From Octopus vulgaris (lineage: Eukaryota), in contig OX597818.1 of assembly GCA_951406725.2 (NCBI GenBank), positions 28,706,001-28,770,000 on the forward strand: DNA of 64,000 bases. Reading direction: 5' to 3'. Within the stretch, counting starts at the first letter, position 1; each line of letters begins with the position of its first letter. Made by a program: the position numbers and the translations under genes. A model generated the notes under the pieces. It was given only the letters and a program-made list of their open reading frames with translations. It ran no database searches and was not told the origin of the DNA. Of the stretch, positions 26,591-41,181 are shown piece after piece.

Positions 26591-26915
26591 CATTACTGGT
26601 TCAAGATAAACCCTACAGGCATGGAAGTGCCATAAGCCAAGCATGTCTGAGATGCATTCAGAAGCATGAAACCATCCTGCCTGCACTTGTCCAGTACTGA
26701 AGCATTGTTGATTAGTGCACTACAGTAACAGCCCATATGTTGATGGCAGTCACAAGGTTGCTTGAGTTGCACTTTGATTTCAAGGAGTTTAAGGCACTTC
26801 AAATATGCTATGATGACATTGTCTTTCATTTCTCCATGCAAGATATTGTCCAACACTAGGATCCCAAGGTACTTGTACCCCTCATCATCTGGGGTCTTCC
26901 ATTCTCTTTCCATTT
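26590..26915 (-). mobile_element. RLE non-LTR (R4-like) RT fragment
   Basis: GYKYLGIL...EMKD....YLK.LKL. Confidence 0.5.
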
Positions 26916-26949
26916 GGCAATTCTATGCCCCTACAAACTGCTCTTTTAA

Positions 26950-27552
26950 GGCAGTAAGCTGGTAGAACTGTTAGTATGCTGCACAAAATGCTTAGTGGTA
27001 TTTTGTCTATTGCTACGTTCTGAGTTCAAATTCTGCTGATGTCAACTTTGCTTTTCATCCATTCAGGATCAATAAAATAAGTACCAGTGAAACACTGTGG
27101 TTGATCAAATCGACTATTCCCTTCTCCCCAAATTTCAGGCTTTGTGTCTTTAGTAGAAAGGATTATTATTATTATTAAGTTAGAACTGTTAGCATGCTGG
27201 GCATAATGCTTAGTGGGATTTCATCCATCCTTATGTTCTGAATTCAAATTCTGCTGAAGTTAACTTTGTCTTTCATCCTTTCAGGGATATTAAAAGAGAT
27301 ACCAGTTGGGTACTGGGATCGATGTAATAGATTAAACCCCTCCCTGAAATTACTGCCAAAATTCATGCCATTATTATTAATGTGCTTAGTGATATTTCTT
27401 CACATTCTGATTTCAAATTCTGCTCAGGTTGACTTTGCCTTTCATCATTTCAGGATCGATAAAATAACACCCGGGTCGATGTAACTGACTAGTCCCCTCT
27501 CAACAAATTTCAGGCCCCGTGGCTTTAGTGGAAAGGACTTCTATTATTATCA
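26950..27552 (+). mobile_element. Head-to-tail array of 3-4 SINE copies
   Basis: Repeated ttctgagttcaaattctgct..gtcaactttgc.tttcatcc units separated by (att)n. Confidence 0.8.
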
Positions 27553-27554
27553 TT

Positions 27555-28810
27555 AATTTACATAGATTGCTGTGACTCTTGACAAAGGTAAATAAACAAT
27601 AAGAAGAGGGCAGTGTCTGGATACGTGGACGATGTCATTGTCATGGTGTCGGAAACCTCCAAAGTGGAGACGGTTGGCTCCATTGTGAAGGAATATGAGG
27701 TGAGTTGTAGGGGCTAAAATCAATGCCAACAAGTTGGTGGGATTGCAACTGGGCATCTGGAGAAGCAGATCAATGTCATTGGATGCTGGACTGATGGACC
27801 AGTAAAATTGCTCAGGATCTGGTTTGGTCCCGACCTCCAGGTGGATAAGAATTGGGAAGAGGTGACAAACAGGGTGACCTCTCTTACCCAGAAATGGGCA
27901 GAGAAGAAGTTGTTCCTGAAAGGTCAGCAGAGGTGGCGAATGCCTACATCATCTCTGTCATTATTTATTGTCTAACCATTGTCCTATGTCCCAGTTACTG
28001 CTTGAGTAGATTGGAGCATATCCTGTTTATTTTCTTGTGGAAAGGGCGCATTTCAATGGTCAGGTGGTCAGTCTGCTGCCAACTTCCTTTGCATAGCAGC
28101 TTAGGCATGCCATGGATTTTAATGCGCAGCCACACACTCAGGTCATGCCACCTGCAGCGATTTCTTGAAGGTGAATGTGTGTGGGCTCCATTTGTGAGGC
28201 ATGCCTTTCTGAAGCTCATCTCCGTGATAGAGCTGCAGTATTGGGTAAAGTATAGGCTGAGATGGGGCGCCTGGCACTTAGAATGTTGTCAAGAGCTCAC
28301 TGTCCTCTACAAGTCAGGCAATGGGATCGATGGATGTTCCACTAGATATTTACAGTGGATTAGCAGCAGTGAAGTGCGATGACGTCCTCGGGGAAGACCA
28401 TAGGTATCGACAAAGATGAACTGGCAACTCTGTTCCAGAGGACTTTCTGGTCAGGGACTGTTATGGATAATTTCCAGATGTCATTGTCCTGGCAGTGCTA
28501 CCGGGGGCACTACTGGATCAAGATAAACTCTACAGGCACGGATGTGTTGTCAGATGGGCTTGTCTGAGGTGCTTGCAGAATGACAAAACCATTCTGCATG
28601 CACTTGTTCTGTGTTTGGGCATTGCTAACTTGTGGAGTTATGTTGAACTGCTGCTGTTGCATGTAGGACAGATCCGTCTATTGTCCAAGTCCATAATGAT
28701 GATTGCCCTGCCACCCTCCTTTAATCAGGCTGGCAAGGCAGTCTTCCTTTGTCTGGTGGCTGTGGCAAAAGAGGTTATCTGGTGGATGATCATGGATGGT
28801 GGGGTTCCTT
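27555..28810 (+). mobile_element. Decayed L1/Tx1-clade LINE 3' part
   Basis: LFIFLWKG...LGMP, a zf-RVT-like C.RC...TI.H knuckle and VAKEVIW; 3' tail to about 29030. Confidence 0.65.
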
Positions 28811-29069
28811 GATTATCCTAGAAGTCCTCCTGAATCAGGGGATCCCCCATCACGATCCTTTTTCTTTTTTTTCCTCTTTTTCTAGTGTCACATACTATGT
28901 ATACTTCCTTTCTTCTAATGTATGCCCTGTATACTTTTTATTTTATCATTCCATTATATGTAAACCCCAACACATTATGTCTTTGTATTGTCCCCTCATC
29001 CTTTGCCCTGGTGACAAATAAAAGAAATCATCATCGTCATTATTATTATTATTATTATCTGTGGGTGGT

Positions 29070-31680
29070 GCAAAGACCCCTCTCAACCTAAGGTAATGTG
29101 GTGGTGGAACAGTGTAGTTGATAGGGCCATTAGGGAAAAGAAACAGGAATGGAAGGGCTGGAAGTGTGGTGGTAGCAGGGAACTGCATCAGATCACTAGA
29201 AGGGAAGCTAGGAGACAGGTTTACTTAGCCAGAGGGGAAGTAGATAAGAAAAAAATTTCCCAATGTTTTACATTGTGAGGACCAGAGCCTTGAAGTGTTT
29301 CGTATTGTAAGACAGTGTGTGAGAGAGAATTGTAATGTCATAGGAGAGAAATGTGTCTGCTTATATGATGATTCACTTGCACTTAATGATGCTGCAAAGA
29401 GAGAGACTTGGAGACACCAATGTGAAAGATTGCTAAATGAAGAGAATGAATGGGAGAAAGAGAGTCTGCCAAATGTCGACCCAACAAAGGGATCAGCTAT
29501 TCAAATTGACAGTACTTTGGTAAAGCAATTAAGGGTATGAAAACAGAGAAAACCCCTGGCTCATCAGGAATCACAGCTGAGATGCTTAAAATATCTGGTA
29601 GTATAGAATATAGTCTAGTCACCCATATAGTCAACCAGGTGATACATGAAGTCATACCCAATCACTTGTGTAGCAACATCATACTCAACTACTACAAAGG
29701 TAAAGGTGATGTGTTAGATAGGAATAATTACAAAGGTATCAAATTGTTGGACCAGGTGATGAAAGTCACAGAGAGGGTCATAGCCCAACTAATTAGGAGA
29801 GAGTTAGTTTAGACGAGATGTAGTGTGGGTTTGTGCCAGGGAAAAGCACCACTGATGCTGTATTTTCTAGTAAGACAGTTGCAGGAGAAACACCTAGCCT
29901 CTGTACTTGCCTTTTGTTGACATGGAGAAAGCTTTTGACAGGATCCTCTGATCCCTTATCTGCTAGTCAATGCAGAAACTAGGAATAGATGAGAGGTTGG
30001 TGAGAACTGTACAAGCCATGTACAGGGATGCTGTCAGTAAGGTGAGGGTTGGCAACAAGTATAGTGAAGAATTCTGAGTAGAAGTAGGGTATTCACCACG
30101 GATCAGTCCTCAGTCCCCTCTTATTCATCAGTGTCCTCCAAGCAATAACAGAGATATTCAAGATAGGGTGCCCCTGGCAGCTCCTCTATGCTGATGATCT
30201 TGCTCTAATAGTTGAGTCATTACCAGAACTAGAGAAGTTCCAAGTGTTGAAACAAGGTCTAAAATTGAAGGGCCTTAGAGTCAACCTAGCAAAAAACCAA
30301 AGCCTTAGTGAGTAGGAAGACAGACAAATCACAATTCCCTTCAGGCCCTGCTCGACCTGTAAAAAAGGCTTAAGTAGAAACTCCATGAGATGTACCCAGT
30401 GTAAGCTACGGACACATAAGAGGCGAAGCATTATCAAAGGAAGGTTAACTGGGAAAATAGTTTTTGTGTGTGGTAGCTGCACAGGGGCAATAAACACCCA
30501 AGATATACAGAAAACAGATTCCATCACATGCCAGAGGGAAAAACTACAAGTAGTTGATAGCTTCCGTTACCTAGGTAACCAAGTCTGTAGCTGGGGTGGA
30601 TGCTCTGAAAGTGTAGCTGCTAGAATAAGAATAGCCTGGGCAAAGTTCAGAGAGCTGCTACCTCTTCTAGTAACAAGGGGCCTCTTGCTCAGAGTGAAAG
30701 GTAGACTGTATGATGCATGTGTGCAAACAGCAATGCTACATTGCAGTGAAACATGGGCTGTGACTGCTGATGACATGCATAGATCTGAAAGTAATGAAGC
30801 TAGTAGATCCACTGGATGTGTAATGTCAGTGTGCATACATGACAGAGTGTAAGCACCCTGAGAGAAAAGTTGGACATAAGAAACATCAGATGTGGTGTGC
30901 AAGAGAGGCAACTGTTCTTGTATGGTCATGTGTTGCGTATGGATAAGGACAGCTGTGTGAAGAAGTATCACACCCTAACAGTGGAGGGAACTTGTGGAAG
31001 AGGTAGACACAGGAAGACATGAGATGGTGTAGTGAAGCATGACCTGTGAACGTTAGGCCTAACAGAGGCAATGACAAGTGACCGAGACCTTTGGAGTTAT
31101 GCTGTGCTTGGGAAGACCTGGCAAGCCAAGTGAGATTGTTAGGCCTAACAGAGGCAATGGCAAGTGACCGAGACCTTTGGAGTTATGCTGTGCTTGAGAA
31201 GACCCGGTAAGCCAAGTGAGATCATAGCCATGGCTGATGCCAGTGTTGCATAACTGGTTCATTTAAAAGTACCCTTCAATTGTCGGGCAATATGCTGTGC
31301 TTAAGAAGACCTGTTGAGTCAAGTGAAATCGTAGTTGTGGCCAATGCCAGTGCTGCCTGATTAGCACCCATGCTGGTGGCACATAAAAATCACTATTCAA
31401 GTGTAGCCAATGCCAGTGTCCCCTATTGGCTCCTATGCCAGTGGCACATAAAAAGCACCATCCAAGCATGGTCAATGCCAGTACCACCTGACTGGCCCCT
31501 GTGCTGGTGGCACATAAAAAGCATCCACTACACTCTTGGAATGATTGGTGTTAGGAAGGGCATCCAGCTGTAGAAACCTTGCCAGATGAGATTAGAGCCT
31601 GGTGCAGCCTCCTGGCTTACCATTCCTCAGTCAAACCATCCAACCCATACCAGCATGGAAAGCGGACGTTAAACAATGAT
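29070..31680 (+). mobile_element. 5'-truncated degenerate RTE LINE
   Basis: Colinear with 5100-7500; YADDL, Cys-rich insert, GRGR.RKT, internal tandem duplication at 31052-31220 and 3' UTR minisatellite. Confidence 0.92.
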
Positions 31681-31875
31681 TATTACTATTATTATTATTA
31701 TTATCAATATTATTGCTATCATTTACCACATGATAGTTGTTCTTACCTGTTTTTTTTTTTTTGTTGCAGCTTCTGTGAAAAGCCTTCTGTGGGCACATTA
31801 ATTTGCTTGTTGTAATCATCTTTATAGTTATCAAGGTTAATAACCATTGCTATTTCTTGCTGCTGGTGCTGTTGT

Positions 31876-31906
<31 letters not shown>

Positions 31907-33873
31907 GCTGCTGCAGCTGTTGCTATCATAACTATTCTTATCTTTGATATTATTCTATGCGTTCCTTGAGTCTGGCTGATCTGCTTGTAGGTTATGTTTA
32001 TGCCAAGGGAGGTAATAACTTAACTGGAGACAAAGAAGAGAGAAAAGGGAGAAGGGAAAACTAGGAGAGAAGAGAGAGAGAGAGAAAGAGAGAGGGAGAG
32101 AAGAGCTATATTATTCTGCATTTGTGTATTGAAATCAAAATGTCTAAGGCTGTGAAATAACGCCATGAAGATCTATAAATTTATGCATTAAATAATATAT
32201 TGATAAATAGTTAAATTAAAGTGAAATTACCTTAATTAGCAAATAGCTGTGAATGTTAAATTTTCAATCTTTTACATGTTACAGATCAAAGACTGTGGTA
32301 TTGCTTGGGCACTGCTGTTATTAATTTTTCTTTCTTTTTTGTTATTTGGTTTAAATGATTTTCAATTTTATGACAGTAGACAAATACAGACCAGAATGTA
32401 GATATGAGTGTTAATTAGCTAGCTAGCTAGAACCATTTTGGCTAACTCTGATGAGCATAAGGTTGTATAATCTGATTGTTACCTAACACTCCATTGTATT
32501 CCTGGCATGAAACCACTTGTTAAGATCAACTGTGATGGGTATATAATACTGTACATTTCGCATAAAATACCCACTTTATTGACAGATATACAAGTGCATC
32601 ATTTCCCTGATTTATGAACACTTAGACAACTCTTGCATTTATATATATATATATTCTTTTATACATTTCAGCCTAAAGGCTGTAGTTATGCTGGAGCCCT
32701 ACCAGTATTATCACCTTTTCAGTGGCCATTCTTCTCTGATTGGTTTTGTTGAAGGAGGAAGTTTCATATTACTCCCTTCTTTCAAGTTTCCAGTTGTGAT
32801 GTTGGTTCATCTGGCACCTTGGACAGCAAAGGGGTCAAGTTTTTTCATGAAAACATCTACCCCCCCCCCCACACCTCATGTAGATTTCACAGATTTTTTT
32901 GCAAGATATTTAAATTACAAGTTATTGCAGTTCCTGTTCCTCACTCTAGATGGGTTGGGTGGCACCTGTGGAACAGTGACATCCAGTTGAGGTCTGGTAT
33001 AACTCTTCATGCCAAAGAATAGTTATACCAGAAGTTTCCATAAGTATATCACTACATACCTTTTCCATCTTCACTCCATAGAACATGTTTACTCCATAGA
33101 ACATGTATACTCTTCTGGTCCTTCACTAACACATTACCACCATCTTGATGCTTTATACATGAAACGATGCTCATATAAATCCCCAGATCAGGTTGTGTGT
33201 TTGACTTAGGGATTGCAGTTTCTTTTCGTCCAAAGTATGTTTGTTATGGTTAACTGGCTGATAACAGAGGGCTTGAAATTCTTCTGCATTAAATTGCATG
33301 TTGTTTTCTTCAGCCCATTTGTACGTGGCAACTGGGCCATTCTGTAGAAGATTGGCATCAAAGGGTTTCTTGACTGCTTGTAATACTTTTGTAGTGGTTA
33401 AGGGTGCATCAGATGTGTTGAGATAAACAGATGCGATAGGCATGTGGATGCCTTGGAAGTAAACAAATGAATGACATCTATTTATTGATTAAATAATTTA
33501 TTTACGGGACTTGCATTTGTTGTTGGTAAACACAGTTTTTCAATACATTAATTTGTTGTCAACTGCTACGAGTTGATGGGAATAAAAACAGGGTACATTT
33601 GTGGATGTGATGTTGTAGAACTGAATATGTTTTGTTTCTGTGTGTGTGTCATTCATTTGAGAAAGTGAGTTGTCTCTTCGTCCCGAGTATTTCTCTCTCT
33701 CTCTCTCTCTCTGCTAACAACAGTATTTATAACGGCCGTGGCAGCTAGAAGGACAGACATACTGCAGGAGAGATTGTGTCTAAACAGGTCAGCTACTATC
33801 CATTCGGTTTCGAATCTCAGCTTGGAGAAGGAAGTGTTACTTTTTACACTTTTTTGTATTATCGGCATAGCTA

Positions 33874-34829
33874 CCGTAATCCGGGGTGAATAGGGACAAT
33901 TTTTGGGTTCAAATGCATGTCACTAAGCGACTGCAATAGAATTTACTGATTAATTTAGTGGGATTTAATGGTACCCTACCGACGTGCATTGAATCTTTAT
34001 CAAAATTCGTTGGCACACCCGTCTTTTGGGGCTGAATAGGGACAGTTATCTACAACACACTATTGGACCTATTCAACTAGCTGTAGGGTCAATACGGACA
34101 AATAAAAAAACTACAGGTAAACAAAGTGATACGAAGTGAATAGATTATTGACTACATGTATTACAGGTAAACAAAGCGACATGAAATGAACAGATTATTG
34201 GCAGAATTAAAAAGACTAGATGTATTACAGGTAAACAAAGTGACACAAAATGAACAGATTATTATTGGCAGAATAAACACGGTTTAGGTTTCAACATATG
34301 AGATAAGGTAAGGCTATGGTTGTAAACCAGTCAATGAAACTTTGAAGATCAAACCAGCCCAATCTACACCAGGCATATTCCCTTTGAATCTTTTCACATC
34401 GACACCTCGACGATCCAGGTATCCTTTAACGATCAGTCGCAAATCATAGGAGTCCATCGGATAGCCCCAAGAGGCGCACAGCACGAGCCTTTGAGCAAAA
34501 ATTTCCTCTTCACCTGAAAATAAAACAGTCTGTCCACCACGTTTCTTGATATTTTTCCCCAACTTGATGGAATTTTGAAGTCCTCTTCTGCTTTTCTGAG
34601 TGTCATTCCGTTGACGACAGCTCTTTTGGCGGCCTCTAGTCGCTCAGGATCTATTTTGGCGTATTTTTCTTCCCAGGAACTGGTTTCTACTGTCGCGGCA
34701 TGGTATCCCTATTCACCACTACAAAACACCAAAATAGGGGTGAAAGCAGAAATAGGCGGTGGTAAGGATAACAAAGGATTTTCCGGGAAATCAAACCAGG
34801 TTATTGTCCCTATTCACCCAGGATTGCGG
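33874..34829 (-). mobile_element. Complete non-autonomous pogo-like element (about 956 bp) with both TIRs and TA TSD
   Basis: ta|CCGTAATCCGGGGTGAATAGGGACAA ... TTGTCCCTATTCACCCAGGATTGCGG|ta; truncated transposase N-terminus. Confidence 0.88.
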
Positions 34830-37331
34830 TAGTTGCTGTAGTAGTTTTTGTAACTTAGGACATATTCGAGAGAGAAAGAGAGCTACTATAAAAGGTAGCG
34901 GTCTCATGCGCTGATGTACACAAGTCTTTTATTTTCTTCATTTCTATAATTTATTCTTTACGTATCACTTACAAGTTTTACTGTAAGAAATATTACCAGC
35001 AATTGATTTTGAAGACAAGTATGCACTTTCCGTACGTATTAATCCAAGTGAACTTTGATTAATCCACACGATTAACACGTGAACTAGGTATGTGAATACA
35101 TAATAGATAGATAGATAGATCTTTGCAAACTAGGAAGCTGAGTACAAAGATATTGCAATCCGGGTACATCTTAAGGGGCGAGCTGGCAGAAAACGTTAGC
35201 ACGCCGGGTGAAATGCATAGCAGTATTTCGTCTGTCTTTACGTTCTGAGTTCAAATCTCGCCGAGGTCTACTTTGCCTTTCATCCCTTTGGGGTCGATAA
35301 ATTAAGTACCAGTTGCATACGGAGGTCGATCTAATCGACTGGCTCCATCCCCTTGTGTCTTGTGCCAAGAGTAGAAAAATCCGAGTACAACTTCCTCTAA
35401 TTACTTCCCTTAGACCGTCATTCTTTTCGTTTGCATTTTCATTGCCGTTGGAGGTCCTCCCTTTGTCTACATAATAATATGCGACTAACGGAAGACCGAC
35501 TGTTTGTTTTCCTTTAAGTTTTATTTAAGTTTATCTCAAGGAAGTTGAAGCCAGTCGCTAACAGAACAAAAAGAATTTCCAGTATTAGTAAATATGTGGT
35601 TGAAAGCATGTGTCGGTTAAACTCTCGATCGAGACACACTGAAGTGTGTGTATCTGTTCGTGTAAAGAATCTCAGATGGAGAATCTTTGGAATGTCTTAT
35701 AAATCTTTACTGTATAGCTCATAGATTATATTTAGAGAATCCATGTCACTTTCCTTTGCTCATTCCTAAAAAAAGAAACTTAGTATTTCTAGGTTTTTGA
35801 GTAAATTTGCAGGTACATAACCTAATGCACCTACGGTAATAGGTATAAACGGGAATTCATAGTCAGAGTACAAGAGCTGTAAGTTCTGCTTTAGTACACC
35901 ATAAATGTTCCCTGAACTTTTGATCTAAATTCACATCTGCTGGGTAACTTATCTCTACAGCAGGACATGACTTTTGTTCCCTGTCACACCAGGTCTATTA
36001 TGTCTGCACCGAACTGCAGTTTCTATTGGAGCTTTCCACTAGTATTCTTTGTTTTTAAAGGCGTGAATACATACTGGTTCTGACATGCCTTTGATGTATA
36101 TATGTCGGACAATCCTTCCTAAAGGTAGCATTGTAAATAGTCTTTGCCACTACATCATACCTCAAAGGTAGGCAATATTTCGTAGATATTTTCGGGTAGC
36201 TGCTGCTGATATAGGTAAAATTTTCAACACTCGTATAGCAAAGCCAACATTTTCTATCAGGACACAGAAATTTGGTGGTATTTTCGACTCTCTTGTTAGC
36301 AAGTTTCTGGATATCAAAGGCATACCCTTCCAGGTGGAATGTAATGTATCAAATCACAGGTTGAAAAGAGGTCACTGTTAATGTCATTGCTGTTATCCTC
36401 TAGTTTTATGTACTCATGCATTGGTTTTGCTAGTATGATGCCTACTTCACCTCCAATCTTCTGTTTAGATAGTCAGTCCAATCTTTGGGTTGCATGAGAC
36501 AGTAATATTCTCAGAATAGCTGCACAGTTTCACTCCAGCACTGAAGATTCTTTAACTTTTGAGTATGCATGGAGTGTACCCATTTCTTTCTTTACCATTC
36601 AGCAGATGTTGTCTGTGACATTCAAAGGCTGTTTGTACTGACCTTATCCATCTACCAACATTTTTTGTCCCACATAGATCCTATGTGTGTCACTGCTACT
36701 GAGGAAGTTAACAGCGATGTCCAGGTTGCAGAGCTTGTAAAGTTTCCGGTTCAGTATCCCAAATGTTGGTTTTAACTCTATCACTATATAAGCGTGGTGA
36801 AATATGATCTTGCTAAATGCAGACAGCTCTGAGTTCCATATCTTCTGAAGCCTGCTGAAGTACTCTTTTGTTATTCCGTATGCAATGTGTGCAACATTCT
36901 CATGGATTCCAAGATGCTTGCAGTTTTCATCGTTAGAGTTAGGGGAGATAGAATGTACATGTTCCCTGTTTGGCTGACATGATGGCATGTATCTTCTATC
37001 TGTAAAGATCATATGATGTATATATTTACTGTTCATGTTCAGAGGAAAACGTATCCTAGTTAAATCGACAGAATGGGTGGGTCCTCTTTGAAATGTCAGA
37101 GTGAAGAATATTGGTTATGCATGCAGGGAGAGAAGACTCCATCCCTAATGTTTAAGATATTTTTTGATTGGACGAAGTTTAGCTTTTCAGTAATGCGAAG
37201 TGTACATTTGGTGCCCTTAACCCTGTATCTTTTGGCTTTGGTAATAATGTTCCATATTATCTTGGGAGGGGGTTGCTTTCTCCTCCATCTTTCAATGTCC
37301 ATATCATATTGGATAGGAATGTTGATATATA

Positions 37332-37760
37332 TATGAGGTGGTATCAAAGGTTCCTGGACTAGTTATGTTTAAACTGTTCAGAGTACAGGCTGGCATTAGT
37401 GGTTTGATATCTAGAGCAACTTGTGAATTGTCCCTTCATAATTCCACAAGATGCAGGGCATCACCTTGAGTTTGAAGCTAGCCCTTGCTCCGGAATCTAG
37501 CCCTTGCTGAACCACTGCTTATGCATGTTAGGATTGCAAAAAAAATCTCTCTTAGATTATTACTTTTTCTGTTCCATCGCTCACTTCTTACACTCACAAT
37601 GCTTCATCAATCAAGAAGTGGTAGAAGCATCTGTGAAGGTGTTCTTTGACTTGAAGGACAAGAACTGGTATCTGCGTGGTTTCGAAGAACTGGCAGGGAG
37701 GTGACTTCAAATAGTGAAACATGATGGCTGCTACTTTGAATGCTCTGTTGCTTTTGTTGT
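37332..37760 (+). mobile_element. Mariner deletion derivative
   Basis: TIR tatgaggtggtatcaaaggttcctggact; C-terminal motifs DYYFF.S...EVVE..V..FF...WYLRGFEELAGR...HDG.YFE. Confidence 0.8.
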
Positions 37761-37868
37761 AACTTGATGGATAATGCAAGTAGATTACTAAAATTTTGCA
37801 AAAGGTTTAACTCTGCACAGTAATATGGCCACTACCAGTAGCAATATGTCAGCTCCTTAATGACCACT

Positions 37869-38130
37869 GTGGAGGTGCGTAGCTTAGTGGTTAGGGTGTC
37901 AGCACCATGATCGTAAGATTGTGGTTTTGATTCCTGGACCAGGTTACGTGTTGTGTTCTTGAGTAAAACACTTCATTTCATGCTGCTCCAGTCCACTCAG
38001 CTGGCAAAAATGAGTAACGCTACAATGGACTGGTGTCCCATCCAGATGGGAAACATACACACCATAGAAACCAGGAAACCGGGCCCATGAGCCTTGCTAG
38101 GCTTTAAAAGGGCTCATTTATTATTTTTTA
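37869..38130 (+). mobile_element. tRNA-derived SINE with 12-bp TSD
   Basis: A/B-box-like head; TSD ttaatgaccact at 37857-37868 and 38131-38142; the left IR arm carries the empty site. Confidence 0.85.
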
Positions 38131-38719
38131 TTAATGACCACTACCAACCAACAGCCATAATAGTCTGAACAATATAAGTAACCTCCATCTCAAATAAAAC
38201 TCAACCATAATTTAGTACCCTAGTATATTTTATATCTTGAAAAAAAAATGTTTTCTTGGTCTTAGCTAAAAAAACAATGCCTTGAAAGTAAACAGCATAA
38301 ACAATGCAATTAACAAGAACAGTCTAACCCCACCACAATCAACAATACCCCAACTGTTATAACGAACACCATCATCACCCCTCCAACACCAGTACACCTG
38401 ACGTCACTACCAGTACCATTCATGACATTTGAATAACTAACTGACAGTAGCAGTCATAGAATCAGATTGATAGCAATTTCAGTACAATCATGTGTCTGTG
38501 TGATTAGACCCAAGTCAATGGTGCAAGTGGTAACCTTTCAATTAATAACCATACAACATTTTCTCCATCTCTCTTCTTTCTCTTTCCATCTCATTTCCTT
38601 TCTTACATCCATAGGAATAAGACAAATTTGTGCTCTCATGAAAAAGTTATTTCTCAGTGCTGTTTTTTTACTACATGTTTGTGGTTGATTGCTGCCACTG
38701 GTGGATTTTCCTACAATTC

Positions 38720-39495
38720 AAAATGTCTGAAAAGAATTCATCAGTTGGAGCTGAAGGTAGGTGTGCAAAAAGTAACTGAAAAGGATTACGCTGGATATTA
38801 AGTCAACGTTTTTACAGGAGGAAAAAAAATTAATCACATTACCAAAATATTGGTTTCAAATTTTTACACAAAGCCAGCAATTTCAGGGGAGTGCTTAAGT
38901 TGATTACATCAACACCAATGCTCAAATGGTACTTATTTTAGCGATCCTGAAAGAACAAAAGGCATAGTGGACCTCAGAGGAATTTGAACTCAGATGGTAA
39001 AAATAGACAAAATGCTACTAAGCATATTGCCTGGTGTACTAACAATTGTGCCAGCTTTCCACCTTACATTACCAAAATATTAAAATGTGTAACGTTTTCA
39101 GTGAGAACAATGTGACAATAGCATGAAAATTAAGTCAAGTGTTAAAAATGTTACTTGGTTAATAGCTTGTATCGTATTTTTTCATAGGTCTAATGTATGC
39201 TTAAAATGAACCAGCTCTCTAGTCATAAGCATGATGATAATTAAAAACAGCCAAAAGTTTGTATGAGGATTTGAGGAAAATGGAAAACAAACTTGTAATA
39301 AAAAACATTTTATGTTCAGTAAAGACTGGTTTGAAAAGTTTATAAAGTGTTTGAATTTGCATAACATAAGATGATTGGTGAAGCTGCAAGTGCTGATATG
39401 AGGCTGATGTGAGGTTGGAAAAAAATTTCTGCTAAAGGGGGCTACACATCAGTGAAAATATGCAACGTTGATGAAACTACATTTTTTTGGAAACA
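38720..39495 (+). mobile_element. Tigger-like transposase fragments interrupted by a SINE
   Basis: WFEKF...LHNI..GEAASAD and GGYT..KI.NVDET..FWK. Confidence 0.65.
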
Positions 39496-40017
39496 CATTT
39501 GCATTTTCCCCCTTGCACCTCTGACATGATTCATAAAATGATTCACACTCTTCTTTCTCCCACTCCCTTTCTCTCTCCCCCTCTCTCTCATACACACATG
39601 GCTCTGTTGACATAGAATGTATGTAGCTACAGATATTATTACAATGCTGGCACTATTATTTTTGTCAGTTGGTTATTCAAAAGTTGATAGGTAGCTGGTG
39701 TTGATTGTATTGATAGTTGAGTATTGTTGATGGTGGTGATATTGCTTTTATTAAATGTTTTTTTGCTTAACCTCAAAATAATTCTTGGTAACCTAAGGTC
39801 AAAACATTTCATTCAACATTCAAAATACTATCTCATTATCTCGTATGATTGTTTTTTTGTTTTAGATGGAATTATTTGTCTTGTCCATGCTACTGTTGCT
39901 GTTGACAGCGGTCATTAAAGAGCTGGTGTGTTGGCATTGTCAGTGCTTTTATTGGTTTTTGGTGTTGAAGATGGTTATGTTAGTGCTGATGGTGGTGAAA
40001 CTCCTTATATATATATG

Positions 40018-40048
<31 letters not shown>

Positions 40049-40883
40049 ATATATATATGCGTATAAATTGAGGTAGGTAGGCAAGTGTCCATTGTGACCC
40101 AAGGAAATACACACACACACAAACATTCAGTTTAAAATTCTACTTCACATCTTCAAGTATTGATAGCAACACATACACAACTACTTGAATACACACACTC
40201 ACATATATATTTTAGATTTGCATGTATTATAGATTTTCAGATTGTTATCTATTTTGCATTGAGACAAATTGTCAAGATAGAGCCTTTTGGGTAAAAAGGA
40301 AGTCTAATTTTTGGATACTTAAAATTTACCTGAGCTTTCAAAAGAGCAAAATTACACTCAGTTCTGAAATTAGTGGTCATGCTTTACAAGTACTGCACAT
40401 ATGAAATATCATAACTTGAGTTAGTGCTATTGTGGGTTGTACCTCCCTATATATATTCATACATATATTCTTTTATATATATAGCTACTGGCATGGTTGT
40501 GTGGTTAATAATGGTGTTTCCTAAATTTATGGGTTTCAGTCCTCTCCCACTGCATGACATTTTGGGCAAGTGACTCCCACTATAACCTTGGGTCAAACAC
40601 AGCCAAGTCTTTCAAGTGAATTTAGTGTGGACATATGTGTGTGTGTGTCTGAATGGGTAGGTATGTGTTGGTGTTTCTTTTATTTGTCGTTTTATGACAG
40701 TTGTAAAAAAGCATCATCCCTCATTTCCACTTATCCTGTGTCTGTCCTTGAGAAAATATTACCTTACTTGGAAACAAGAGGTTGGTACTAAAAAAAGTAT
40801 CCACCCATAGAAAACCTCAATGAATTCCATCTAGTCCATAAAGCCAAGAAACTTGGAAAAAGTGCCATGAAAATGATAATCAT

Positions 40884-41181
<298 letters not shown>

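Larger units (their letters stand above)
32768..38178 (-). repeat. Right arm of large inverted segmental duplication (partner 17714-23821)
   Basis: Reverse-complement colinearity of nested CR1, pogo, SINE, R4 and Penelope pieces, e.g. ORFs 22646(+)/34314(-), 19965(+)/36644(-) and 21660(+)/35171(-). Confidence 0.92.
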
